IMG/VR virus record: IMGVR_UViG_3300045988_123629
Reading direction: 5' to 3' (one strand)
From: a virus
Length of the DNA stretch: 64,000 nt
Shown here: positions 31,968-40,231 of the stretch, piece by piece
How positions within the stretch are numbered: position 1 is the first letter of the stretch
Layout of the letters: every line of letters starts with the position of its first letter
Made by a program: the position numbers and the translations under genes
Notes under the pieces: model-generated
Told to the model about the DNA's origin: nothing
What the model saw: only the letters and a program-made list of their open reading frames with translations
The model's database searches: none

Positions 31968-33353
31968 TTACTTATTCAATGCCTTTGTAAGCATCTCTTT
32001 GATGTCGATGCCATTTTCAGACATTGCTTCAATGACCTGGTTTGCGGAACCCATAACATCCTTTACAAGACGAGCAGAGTTTCCATCGCCATACTGGACG
32101 ATCTTATCCACATTGGTAAGAGGGGCTGCCGCATTTGCCACGATTTGAGGCATTGCATTGAAATACATTTCAATGATAGAAGCTTCACCCATCTTCTTTT
32201 GTGCTTCTGCTTTCTTGTCGATTGCTGTAGCTTCGGCTTCACCAACAGCCGCAATACCAGCAGCTTTCTGTTCGGCTGCGAACTTTTCTGCTTCAGCGCG
32301 AGCACGCATAGCTTTTGCTTCCTGCTCGATCTCATAAGCCTTAGCTTCAGCATCCTTCTGACGACGAATCAGGTCTGCTTCAGCCGCCTTTTCCGCAGCA
32401 TACTTATCAGCATCAGCCTGCTTACGAACCAATGCAGTCAGTTCGTATTCCTTAAGCTCGATTTCTTTCTGCTTCAGTTCAGCTTCACGCTCAGCCTTTG
32501 CGATATTCGCGTTAGTTGCCGCAACATCCTTGAGCTTACGCTGATTTTCAGACTCAATGCCAGCAGCCGCTTCTGCCTGAGCTTTCTTGGTATCAGCTTC
32601 CTGCTTCAACTGAGCCTGCTTAATAGCAAGATCGTTATTGCGGATTGCGATTTCCTCAGCGGCCTTAACCTTAGCGTCATTAGACTGCTTAGCATTTTCC
32701 GCACGAGCGACCTCAATCTCACGTTCCGCATTGGACTTAGCAATTGCCGCGTTCTTGCTAATCTGAGCGACATTATCAATACCGAGGTTAGTGATAACAT
32801 CATTATCATCAGAGAAGTTCTGAACGTTAAAGGTAATCAGCTCAAGACCATAACGTGCCAGATCAGGAACTGCATTCTCCTGGACTTTCTCACTAAACAA
32901 CTTACGATCGCTAACCATATCAGTCAACTTCATCTGACCGACGATCTCACGAATATTACCTTCAAGAAGGTCGTTAATCTTACGAGAAATTTCATCACGG
33001 CCTACGTTAAGGAAGTTCTGAGCGGCGAGCGCAATCATTTCAGGATCTCTACCCACACGAACAGAAACCGTAGAATCAACACGAACGTTAATGTATTCGG
33101 CAGTAGGGACCGCAGATCCAGTCTTTACATCAATTTGAATAGCTCCGAGAGCAAGCTTATCCAAACGTTCGAAGAAAGGAATCTTCAAGCCAGCTTTACC
33201 AACAAGAATTCGAGGTTTCTTATGGACACCACTAATGATATAAGCCATATCAGGCGGAGCCTTTACATAACCATTGAGAAAAATGAAAATTACCAGTAGC
33301 GCAATAAGAACTACAGGAATTGCCGGAAGGATAAATGAAATAATAGCGGGCAT
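31968..33353 (-). CDS. SPFH/band-7 flotillin-like protein (YqiK/FloT family)
   Basis: Track ORF of 461 aa. It has an N-terminal TM helix and an SPFH core, followed by a long Ala/Glu/Lys-rich coiled coil of the flotillin type. Confidence 0.7.
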   Translation of the reverse strand: MPAIISFILPAIPVVLIALLVIFIFLNGYVKAPPDMAYIISGVHKKPRILVGKAGLKIPFFERLDKLALGAIQIDVKTGSAVPTAEYINVRVDSTVSVRVGRDPEMIALAAQNFLNVGRDEISRKINDLLEGNIREIVGQMKLTDMVSDRKLFSEKVQENAVPDLARYGLELITFNVQNFSDDNDVITNLGIDNVAQISKNAAIAKSNAEREIEVARAENAKQSNDAKVKAAEEIAIRNNDLAIKQAQLKQEADTKKAQAEAAAGIESENQRKLKDVAATNANIAKAEREAELKQKEIELKEYELTALVRKQADADKYAAEKAAEADLIRRQKDAEAKAYEIEQEAKAMRARAEAEKFAAEQKAAGIAAVGEAEATAIDKKAEAQKKMGEASIIEMYFNAMPQIVANAAAPLTNVDKIVQYGDGNSARLVKDVMGSANQVIEAMSENGIDIKEMLTKALNK

Positions 33354-33379
33354 AAATAATTCTCCTTATTTATTTAATT

Positions 33380-33643
33380 TTAAATTTTATACTTATATTT
33401 GAATAATGCTTCAATAGCATCATCAATCGAATTATAATATCCATTATGTTCAAATTCTCCATCTTCATCCCATAAGAAAGAGATTTCTACACCTAATGGA
33501 CCTTGTTCCAATTTTTCTTTTACTTCTTTGTAAATTGCTTCTTCCATTTGTCTTGTTATTAATTTTTCCCAATCTTCATAGGACATTTTTCCAGTAATGA
33601 GTTTTTTTGTTAAATCATTACCTTTATAATCATAAAGTGCCAT
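33380..33643 (-). CDS. hypothetical protein (87 aa)
   Basis: Track ORF. Confidence 0.3.
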   Translation of the reverse strand: MALYDYKGNDLTKKLITGKMSYEDWEKLITRQMEEAIYKEVKEKLEQGPLGVEISFLWDEDGEFEHNGYYNSIDDAIEALFKYKYKI

Positions 33644-33653
33644 TTAGTTTTCC

Positions 33654-34214
33654 TCATTCATCAAGAAATGATTTACATTCCTCAACTTTGGCTTTCATAG
33701 CATCAATGATTATATCAAGATTAATTGGATAGCCATGATGAGAGTCAACACCTACATGATACATATAAGGTCGATCTTCAAAGAAGTTAGTGGTTTGATG
33801 AGTATGACCGTAAAGATTCAAAGTCATTTGATGAAGATTTTCTCTTTCAAGATTACCAGTCATACAAGGAAAATGGGTCATAAAGAAATGGTATTTACGA
33901 TAATTTAGCATAATCGCCCAATCCATTTCAACAACATTAGGCAAATCAGCATAAAGTTTCTGTCGAGTTGCCGTATCATGGTTGCCAAATACAATATGGA
34001 ATTTACCCTTGAGACGTTTAATATATTCAATATTAGAAGGGTCTCCAAGCATTAAATCACCAAGAATATAAACATCATCTTCATCAGAAACGATGCTATT
34101 CCATTTCTCAACATAATCTTCATTCATTCCTTCAATTGAAGAATAACCACGAGCTTTCCAAATAAATTCTCGATCATGTCCAAAGTGCATATCACTGGTT
34201 AAAAAGATTGCCAT
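33654..34214 (-). CDS. calcineurin-like metallophosphoesterase
   Basis: Contains DMHFGHD..GDL..GNHD..H. Confidence 0.6.
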   Translation of the reverse strand: MAIFLTSDMHFGHDREFIWKARGYSSIEGMNEDYVEKWNSIVSDEDDVYILGDLMLGDPSNIEYIKRLKGKFHIVFGNHDTATRQKLYADLPNVVEMDWAIMLNYRKYHFFMTHFPCMTGNLERENLHQMTLNLYGHTHQTTNFFEDRPYMYHVGVDSHHGYPINLDIIIDAMKAKVEECKSFLDE

Positions 34215-34714
34215 GTATGAATCACTTCTCCTTTTTCGTTAACCTCTTGGATAAGGTTATATTTAACATATTCTTTAAAAGTGGGAGGAGTAAAAGAATT
34301 TGCCATACTCCGAATCACTTCTTCTGGAACCTGCGCTCGACCATCACGCTGTTTATTGCGCTCAACACAAACTTCAACAGGAACATTAAAATAAATAACA
34401 TTCACATTAAGATTTGCATATCCTTTTGCGTTAATTGCTTTAAGAAGCTTCTTGCGAGAGCCGGGTCCAAGATGCGTGGCATCCACATATACATTATCAT
34501 AATCTCTTAAAGAAAGAGTAATTGCTTCAACAAAAGCATGCCATACACTTTCCTCTTTGGCAAAATAGCTTTCATCATCATTTAACATTTGAAAACGGAG
34601 AGCATCACGAGAAACAACACAACCGCATTGAGGCCAACGATTTTTAAGCCAAGTGGATTTACCCGAGCCGAGACTAAGGAATACCAGACATAATCCAAAG
34701 ATTCTTTCTAGTAT
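34199..34714 (-). CDS. polynucleotide kinase-like P-loop kinase (T4 Pnk kinase-domain-like); no canonical start codon
   Basis: Track ORF 34199..34588 lacks a P-loop. The same frame upstream encodes LSLGSGKSTW (Pnk Walker A) up to an in-frame TGA at 34717-34715, which is preceded by ATG-ATT-AAA. The C-terminus (NKQRDGRAQVPEEVIRSM) is Pnk-like. Confidence 0.5.
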   Translation of the reverse strand: MLERIFGLCLVFLSLGSGKSTWLKNRWPQCGCVVSRDALRFQMLNDDESYFAKEESVWHAFVEAITLSLRDYDNVYVDATHLGPGSRKKLLKAINAKGYANLNVNVIYFNVPVEVCVERNKQRDGRAQVPEEVIRSMANSFTPPTFKEYVKYNLIQEVNEKGEVIHTWQSF

Positions 34715-34718
34715 TCAT

Positions 34719-35105
34719 TTAATCATCCCCTTTCTTTTCTTTGCTATGAATTTCTCTATGACAATTAGCACATACTAATTGACATTTATCTAATTCTTTT
34801 TTAATAACTTGCCAATCTAAAATTAAATTTCTATCACTTAAATTAAAATCTTTTTCTTGAGGATCTAAGTGATGAAAATCAAGTGCTTCAGAACATTTAT
34901 TATATCCGCAAATCTCACATTTATTTCCTTTATATTCTAAGGCCCATTTTTTTATTAATGCTCTTTGTCCTGCTCCAGATTTCGGCACTAATGGAACACA
35001 TTCATAACAATATCTTCTATTATAAGCATTTTCTTTTACTATAAATTTTTTTCCACATTTAGCACAAATTTTTTCAGAAATATTTATGCCTTGACTTCGA
35101 CGCAA
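34719..35105 (-). CDS. HNH endonuclease (128 aa)
   Basis: Contains CxxC pairs and an HNH core (ALDFHHLDP...CANCHREIH). Confidence 0.6.
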   Translation of the reverse strand: MRRSQGINISEKICAKCGKKFIVKENAYNRRYCYECVPLVPKSGAGQRALIKKWALEYKGNKCEICGYNKCSEALDFHHLDPQEKDFNLSDRNLILDWQVIKKELDKCQLVCANCHREIHSKEKKGDD

Positions 35106-35257
35106 TCTTGAAGCTTTCGCCTAACAAGATTGAGAACAATATTTAGTGTCTCTACGGGATCCCTCAAATTCTTTACCACAATGCTAACAAACTAATTTCA
35201 TATAATAATCTCCTTTATATTGAATTATTATATTTAAAATTTATTTAATAATGATTG

Positions 35258-35533
35258 TTAGGTTTTGCCAAAAGAGGTATTCCGGACATAATCCAAAGAT
35301 TCTTTTGCTTCATCTTTATACACCCCATTCTCAAAATTTTCTTTAAACTCTTCTACTTCTTCTGGAGTTCTACATTCGATATGATTTACTTCTTCTTTGC
35401 AATAAATACAATACAGCTTTTTACGATGAAATTTACCATGTTGAAGACTTACTCGACGAGACAAAGGGATTCCTTTTCGTCCACAATTCATACAGTAAAA
35501 ATCATGATTTTCATAAGATGCCATTTGTATCAC
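35258..35533 (-). CDS. zinc-ribbon protein (91 aa)
   Basis: Contains CMNCG...CIYCK. Confidence 0.35.
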   Translation of the reverse strand: MIQMASYENHDFYCMNCGRKGIPLSRRVSLQHGKFHRKKLYCIYCKEEVNHIECRTPEEVEEFKENFENGVYKDEAKESLDYVRNTSFGKT

Positions 35534-35736
35534 TCCTTTGATTTTGAATGAGAAGGAATTGCAATATTAATAAAAATCTTAATGACAAACATCTGCCAAT
35601 AAGTAATGCTTGGAAAGCAAAACCAAGGAATAAGAGCGGTATTCCAAATAAATAGCATAATAGCTACTTCAATGAACATAAAAGCTACACTTGCAACTGC
35701 CCAAGAAATATCATCATAATCGTTCATTTTTATCAA
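35530..35736 (-). CDS. small membrane protein (68 aa)
   Basis: Track ORF with two hydrophobic segments. Confidence 0.3.
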   Translation of the reverse strand: MIKMNDYDDISWAVASVAFMFIEVAIMLFIWNTALIPWFCFPSITYWQMFVIKIFINIAIPSHSKSKE

Positions 35737-35760
35737 TTCCTTTCTTAATCTTATATATAT

Positions 35761-35789
35761 ATTATATATTATTTTTTTATAAAAATCAA
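35761..35789 (-). promoter_or_regulatory. promoter P8 (TTGATT-17-TATAAT)
   Basis: Conserved motif copy. Confidence 0.5.
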
Positions 35790-35798
35790 TAAAGATCT

Positions 35799-36077
35799 TT
35801 ATACTTCCTTTAAATGATTTTCACATTCTTCAGCATCATATTCAACAGTTAAATTTGTAGCATCAAGATAACCACCATCATAGTAAAGTATATCGTGTTT
35901 AACAGTAGCATTTTTATAAATTTCTTCCTCGTTAGTATCTTTTACAATTTTAAAAAGATCACATAAAAATCTACAAGCAGATTCAATAGTGTCAAATTCA
36001 AGAGCTTTATCATCCCAACAGAGTGGATTAACACCCTCTTTTATTTCATAAATATGATATTTCATACCTCTAACCAT
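35799..36077 (-). CDS. hypothetical protein (92 aa)
   Basis: Track ORF. Confidence 0.3.
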   Translation of the reverse strand: MVRGMKYHIYEIKEGVNPLCWDDKALEFDTIESACRFLCDLFKIVKDTNEEEIYKNATVKHDILYYDGGYLDATNLTVEYDAEECENHLKEV

Positions 36078-36088
36078 TATTTTTCTCC

Positions 36089-36808
36089 TTACATAGTAAA
36101 TTCAATAGTCTCGAATGTATCAAGGTCAATAAGACAAGTTTTTCCAGTAGCAAAGGAACCATTATCAATATCGCACTTATGTCCATCGCAATACCAAAAA
36201 TGATTCATATTTTCCAAATCAAAATCTTTATAGCTTTTACCTACTGCAATATAAGGATCATAATTAGGCATCAGCAGAAAAGGTGTATGGCCATGAATAC
36301 AGAAAGTGCGGTCCGCGGGTGAACCTTCGGGCCACGGATCATAGAAATGGTCTCGGCTCCAAATTAAATTATAAGAATTAGGGCTATCGCCAAGAGTATA
36401 ACCGGCATGAGAAAGAAGAATAATTTGATTATTCTTATTCACATAGGTTTCTTGCAGAGGAAGTTTAGCAAGTTCACGATACCAACCAGGATTGGCACGT
36501 TCTCTAATTTGCCAATCTTCAAATGTTTTTGCTCCATTGTTATTACAAAGAAGAGCATATGCTTGACTAAAATTTTCATCTTTAAGATAATCTTTCATAG
36601 CTTCAAATAACATATCTTCATGATTACCTTTAAGATAAATAACTCTTTTATCAGCAATGGCATCTTTAATAATTTCCCAACCGTCATTTCCGCGGTCCGC
36701 GCAATCACCCAGACAATAAAGAATGTCGTTAGAATCAAGGTATTTCATAATTTGATCCCAAAGAGGCTTCATGCCATGAATATCACTAACCGCATAGGTT
36801 TTATTCAT
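36089..36808 (-). CDS. Ser/Thr protein phosphatase (PPP-family metallophosphatase)
   Basis: Contains DIHG..GDCADRG..GNHE and downstream His motifs. Confidence 0.6.
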   Translation of the reverse strand: MNKTYAVSDIHGMKPLWDQIMKYLDSNDILYCLGDCADRGNDGWEIIKDAIADKRVIYLKGNHEDMLFEAMKDYLKDENFSQAYALLCNNNGAKTFEDWQIRERANPGWYRELAKLPLQETYVNKNNQIILLSHAGYTLGDSPNSYNLIWSRDHFYDPWPEGSPADRTFCIHGHTPFLLMPNYDPYIAVGKSYKDFDLENMNHFWYCDGHKCDIDNGSFATGKTCLIDLDTFETIEFTM

Positions 36809-36840
36809 AAAATATCAATCCTTTCTTAATTTATATATAT

Positions 36841-36869
36841 ATTATAATATATTTTTATAAAAAAATCAA
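36841..36869 (-). promoter_or_regulatory. promoter P9 (TTGATT-17-TATAAT)
   Basis: Upstream of the PPP phosphatase gene. Confidence 0.5.
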
Positions 36870-36893
36870 GAGTGAGAAATTATCCCACTCTTG
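36867..36893 (-). terminator. hairpin
   Basis: Reads caagagtg-agaaattatc-ccactcttg. Confidence 0.35.
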
Positions 36894-37077
36894 TAAGTTT
36901 CATAAATAGATTGCAAATATTTAGTCCTAAGCAACTTGCTAAAATCCAAATATTCCAATATAACATTTTGTCAGTGTCTTTATACTTTTTGATAAAAGTG
37001 CATTGAATCCACTGGATAAGGCAAAAACACCAAATGGCAAAACAAGCCCAAAACAAAGCTAAAAACAAATAATACAT
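36880..37077 (-). CDS. small membrane protein (65 aa)
   Basis: Track ORF. Hydrophobic. Confidence 0.3.
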   Translation of the reverse strand: MYYLFLALFWACFAIWCFCLIQWIQCTFIKKYKDTDKMLYWNIWILASCLGLNICNLFMKLTRVG

Positions 37078-37167
37078 TTAATTTCCCTCTCTTTAAATAA
37101 AAATGATAATTATTGGGCTAACTGAGAAAATCAATACTAAATAATTTTAAAATAATATTGGAAGGAT

Positions 37168-37908
37168 GTGGTTTATTTGAAAATTGATTTAACAAATAAA
37201 CAATGTGAAAATTTTAAAGTTATAAATCGAAATATTGAAAAAAAAGGTAAAAATGTTTGGTGGAATTGTCAATGTAAATGTGGTAAAATGTTTACAGCGA
37301 CAACTACTGATATTAATAGAGGTATTATTAAATCTTGTGGTTGTATGAAATCTGAATTATTAAGCAAAGCTCATTTACAAGATTTAACAGGAAAAACATT
37401 TGGAGAGTTATACGTAATTCGTAGAAACAAAGAAGCTCAAGTTAATGGGCATAAAACTACAACTATGTATGATTGTCAATGTTCTTGTGGTAATATTATT
37501 ACCGTAGAAAGAAGTAAATTAATATCAAGAGGTCAAAAATCTTGTGGATGTAAAAATTCTATTGGGGAGTTAAATATTAACAAATTATTAACTGATAATA
37601 ACATAAATTATATTTCTCAATATACAAATTAGAGCTTAAAAACTCAAAACAATGGTTTTTTAAGATTTGATTTTGCTATACTTGATAAAGAAAACAATGT
37701 TATTCGTTTAATTGAATTTGATGGCCCACAACACACTAAAACAGTTGAGTATTTTAATAAAACAGATTTATTAAAAGAAGTCCAAGCAAGAGATGAATTA
37801 AAAAATAATTATGCGAAAAATAATAGTATCCCTTTAGTAAGAATTCCTTATTATAAAAGAGATACTATTAAAATTGAAGAATTATTAGGGGATCAGTTTT
37901 TAATCTGA
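37168..37908 (+). CDS. putative endonuclease, paralogue A (Cys-repeat zinc-ribbon N-terminus plus DUF559/Vsr-like C-terminal domain) with one in-frame TAG; only plus-strand gene in the window
   Basis: Track ORF 37168..37632 ends in a TAG. The frame continues to a TGA at 37906-37908. The C-terminus (RFDFAILDKENNVIRLIEFDGPQH...NNYAKNNSIPLVRIPYY) is homologous to the C-termini of 41611.. and 43918.. The N-terminus carries WWNCQCKCGK and CQCSCGN repeats. Confidence 0.5.
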
Positions 37909-38343
37909 TTCCCTTAATTCTTTTCTTACTCGCATTAAAATTTTCCCTAATTTGTTATATGCCATTTTGTCTTGACACTTAATACAACGACAGACTCCCC
38001 AAGTATTATCGCACCAAGTATTTCCTTCTTCAAGCCAAGCTTCTCCGGTTTTTTCAAGGGCAGTCCGCAAGGTTGGGTTTTGTGTAAATTTAGCTTTTAC
38101 GCCTTTATACATAACATCTTCTTTAATGTCTTCCCAATCTTTACGAATTACACAATGTCTTCCTAATCTCTTGGATTTGCCAGGAGTAGGAGCCAATCTA
38201 ATTTCTTCTGCATCCCCGGGGTTCGCTGCTTTCATTGCCTGAAAATAGTTTTCTACCGTAAGATATCTTTTTCCTTCTATTGTAATTGGAGAGTAAAAAA
38301 AGTTGCTTAAAAAAGCAAAATCTCCTTCAAATTTATTAATCAT
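37900..38343 (-). CDS. NADAR/YbiA-like domain protein
   Basis: Contains FAFLSNFFYSPI..YLTVENYFQAMKA, the DUF1768/NADAR signature. Confidence 0.55.
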   Translation of the reverse strand: MINKFEGDFAFLSNFFYSPITIEGKRYLTVENYFQAMKAANPGDAEEIRLAPTPGKSKRLGRHCVIRKDWEDIKEDVMYKGVKAKFTQNPTLRTALEKTGEAWLEEGNTWCDNTWGVCRCIKCQDKMAYNKLGKILMRVRKELRESD

Positions 38344-38571
38344 TTAAATTTCCTCAAAGTTTTGAAGATCTAATTCAGCTAAATCTTCAAAATCAAAATC
38401 TTCATTGTCATCAATATTGACACCATACATTTCAGCGCCTTCTTTAAGATACTGTCTTCGGCCTTCCATATACCATGTCCAGTTATCAACACCATCCCTT
38501 TCAAGAACATTAAGCTCATTTTCAGCTTTAAGAAGCTCAAGAAGTCTTTCTTTAGAAACAATATAATTCAT
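38344..38571 (-). CDS. small acidic protein (75 aa)
   Basis: Track ORF. Confidence 0.3.
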   Translation of the reverse strand: MNYIVSKERLLELLKAENELNVLERDGVDNWTWYMEGRRQYLKEGAEMYGVNIDDNEDFDFEDLAELDLQNFEEI

Positions 38572-38600
38572 AATAATATCACCTTTCTTTTTATATAAAT

Positions 38601-38629
38601 ATTATATAATAATTTTTTAAAAAAATCAA
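38601..38629 (-). promoter_or_regulatory. promoter P10 (TTGATT-17-TATAAT)
   Basis: Conserved motif copy. Confidence 0.5.
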
Positions 38630-38630
38630 A

Positions 38631-38660
38631 AAGGAGATAAGAATTACTCCTTATCTCCTT
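38631..38660 (-). terminator. terminator hairpin
   Basis: Reads aaggagataag-aatta-ctccttatctcctt. Confidence 0.45.
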
Positions 38661-39180
38661 TTTCTTGAATAAAAGTTTTAATTGGCTCGCTTACAAAACA
38701 ACAAATATCGCATGCAACCTTTACTGACTCTTCTGGATCATGCTTCAAGTATAACGCGGTTGTTGCATAAGGAGCGCCCGCTCCAATAGCAAAATAATCT
38801 TTAATCTCTCTTACCATAAACTTACAAATATGGAAAAGATGTCCTTTATAGGCAATAAGAAATTCATTTCTTAGAAATCCATCACCAATAAGAGTATTTT
38901 TCCATTTTGAAAATTCAATAATGTAATTAAGAATTTCTCGTTCATTAGCTTCAACTGGCTGATGATTCTCCATATAAAGCCACATTAAGCTTTGTTCATC
39001 ACCATAACCAACTCCGCCAAGAATTATGTCGTTAATCTTAGCAATCTTAGCAAAATTAACATTAGGTTCCTTTTCATAGCCATTAGTAAGAATACTATCA
39101 GCACTCATTACAATTCTATCATCATAAACTTTAGCAGCGACAACGCTCATTTTAATCCTCCAACTGACAGATATAAACAT
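38644..39180 (-). CDS. HslV/proteasome beta-like Ntn-hydrolase peptidase
   Basis: Contains AAKVYDDRIVMSADS...AIGAGAPYATTAL, which matches the HslV signature AIGSGGPYA. Confidence 0.5.
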   Translation of the reverse strand: MFISVSWRIKMSVVAAKVYDDRIVMSADSILTNGYEKEPNVNFAKIAKINDIILGGVGYGDEQSLMWLYMENHQPVEANEREILNYIIEFSKWKNTLIGDGFLRNEFLIAYKGHLFHICKFMVREIKDYFAIGAGAPYATTALYLKHDPEESVKVACDICCFVSEPIKTFIQEKGDKE

Positions 39181-39751
39181 CTTCGTGATGGAGAATTTTT
39201 CTAATCATTAATTGAATAATATCCCAGTCTCCTCCACCAAGACCACACCCAATTTTATAAGGAAAAGCAATCGGAACATAGCCCGGAACTAATTTATTTA
39301 AATTTTCTAAACAACTAGCAAATGCTTCATAATTAGTATATCTGCGCGGGCCATACCCGTAATCATATTGGGCGAATAAACTTGCTACTCTATGACCATC
39401 TACGGTAGTAGTGCAAGCAACCGCACCAAGTAAAATGTCATCAGGTGGATTTTCTAATCCTGCGACTTGCGTTTCCGCGTTTTCAATAGTTTTTTTATAA
39501 TCTATATAGACTTCAGGCCAACGAATACGAATTTGTTTGGCAAGGCCCGCGCCCATAACGCCTTGACAATTCACTTGATGACAAATTACAATATTAGGAG
39601 GTAGGTCTAATAGGCTTTTATTTTTATAATAAGTAATCTGTTTAACCACTAATTCTATCTCCGGTATGATAAAAATTACAAAATCTTGAATCGCCACCAC
39701 AGGAACAGATTTCGCGTTCCTTAGTGCCCCAACATTCTGCGGTTTTATCAT
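39152..39751 (-). CDS. macro domain protein (ADP-ribose binding/processing)
   Basis: Contains NIVICHQVNCQGVMGAGLAKQI. The real start is probably an internal GTG near 39663, because the listed ORF overlaps the upstream gene. Confidence 0.6.
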   Translation of the reverse strand: MIKPQNVGALRNAKSVPVVAIQDFVIFIIPEIELVVKQITYYKNKSLLDLPPNIVICHQVNCQGVMGAGLAKQIRIRWPEVYIDYKKTIENAETQVAGLENPPDDILLGAVACTTTVDGHRVASLFAQYDYGYGPRRYTNYEAFASCLENLNKLVPGYVPIAFPYKIGCGLGGGDWDIIQLMIRKILHHEDVYICQLED

Positions 39752-40043
39752 CTCTTAAATGATAACACTCACATTTTTTAACTACTTCAGTAATTGGAAC
39801 ATTTTCGCTCTTGGATTCTTCTTTCTTTTCATAATGGCCCGGAACCCAAATAAGATTTTCACCATTAACTTCTTCCCAAGCGTCAGCCATCTGTTGGACA
39901 CATTCAAGGCAATATTGCCAATAAGAATAGCATTGATCTCGTGTTAGATCTTCACTTACTTTGTCCCAAAGAGCGATAGGAATTCGTTCTCTAATTTCAT
40001 ATGTATCAGTTTTAGCTTGACTTACAGCTTCATTATCAATCAT
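39642..40043 (-). CDS. hypothetical Cys/Trp-rich protein (133 aa)
   Basis: Track ORF. Confidence 0.3.
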   Translation of the reverse strand: MIDNEAVSQAKTDTYEIRERIPIALWDKVSEDLTRDQCYSYWQYCLECVQQMADAWEEVNGENLIWVPGHYEKKEESKSENVPITEVVKKCECYHLRDDKTAECWGTKEREICSCGGDSRFCNFYHTGDRISG

Positions 40044-40231
40044 AGATAATCCTCCAAGACATATCCAATTTGGTCTAATGTTCCGATTCTTTTAAGAATT
40101 GCTATAACTCTTAAAATAGTAAGAGCATCAAGAATATCGTCATAAAGGCAGATAGGGGCTTCCCACTCATTAGCGGAAGCCCACTCTGCATCTAACGATA
40201 AATGTTCCATCAATTCATCAAGTTTCGTCAT
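40040..40231 (-). CDS. hypothetical protein (63 aa)
   Basis: Track ORF. Confidence 0.25.
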   Translation of the reverse strand: MTKLDELMEHLSLDAEWASANEWEAPICLYDDILDALTILRVIAILKRIGTLDQIGYVLEDYL

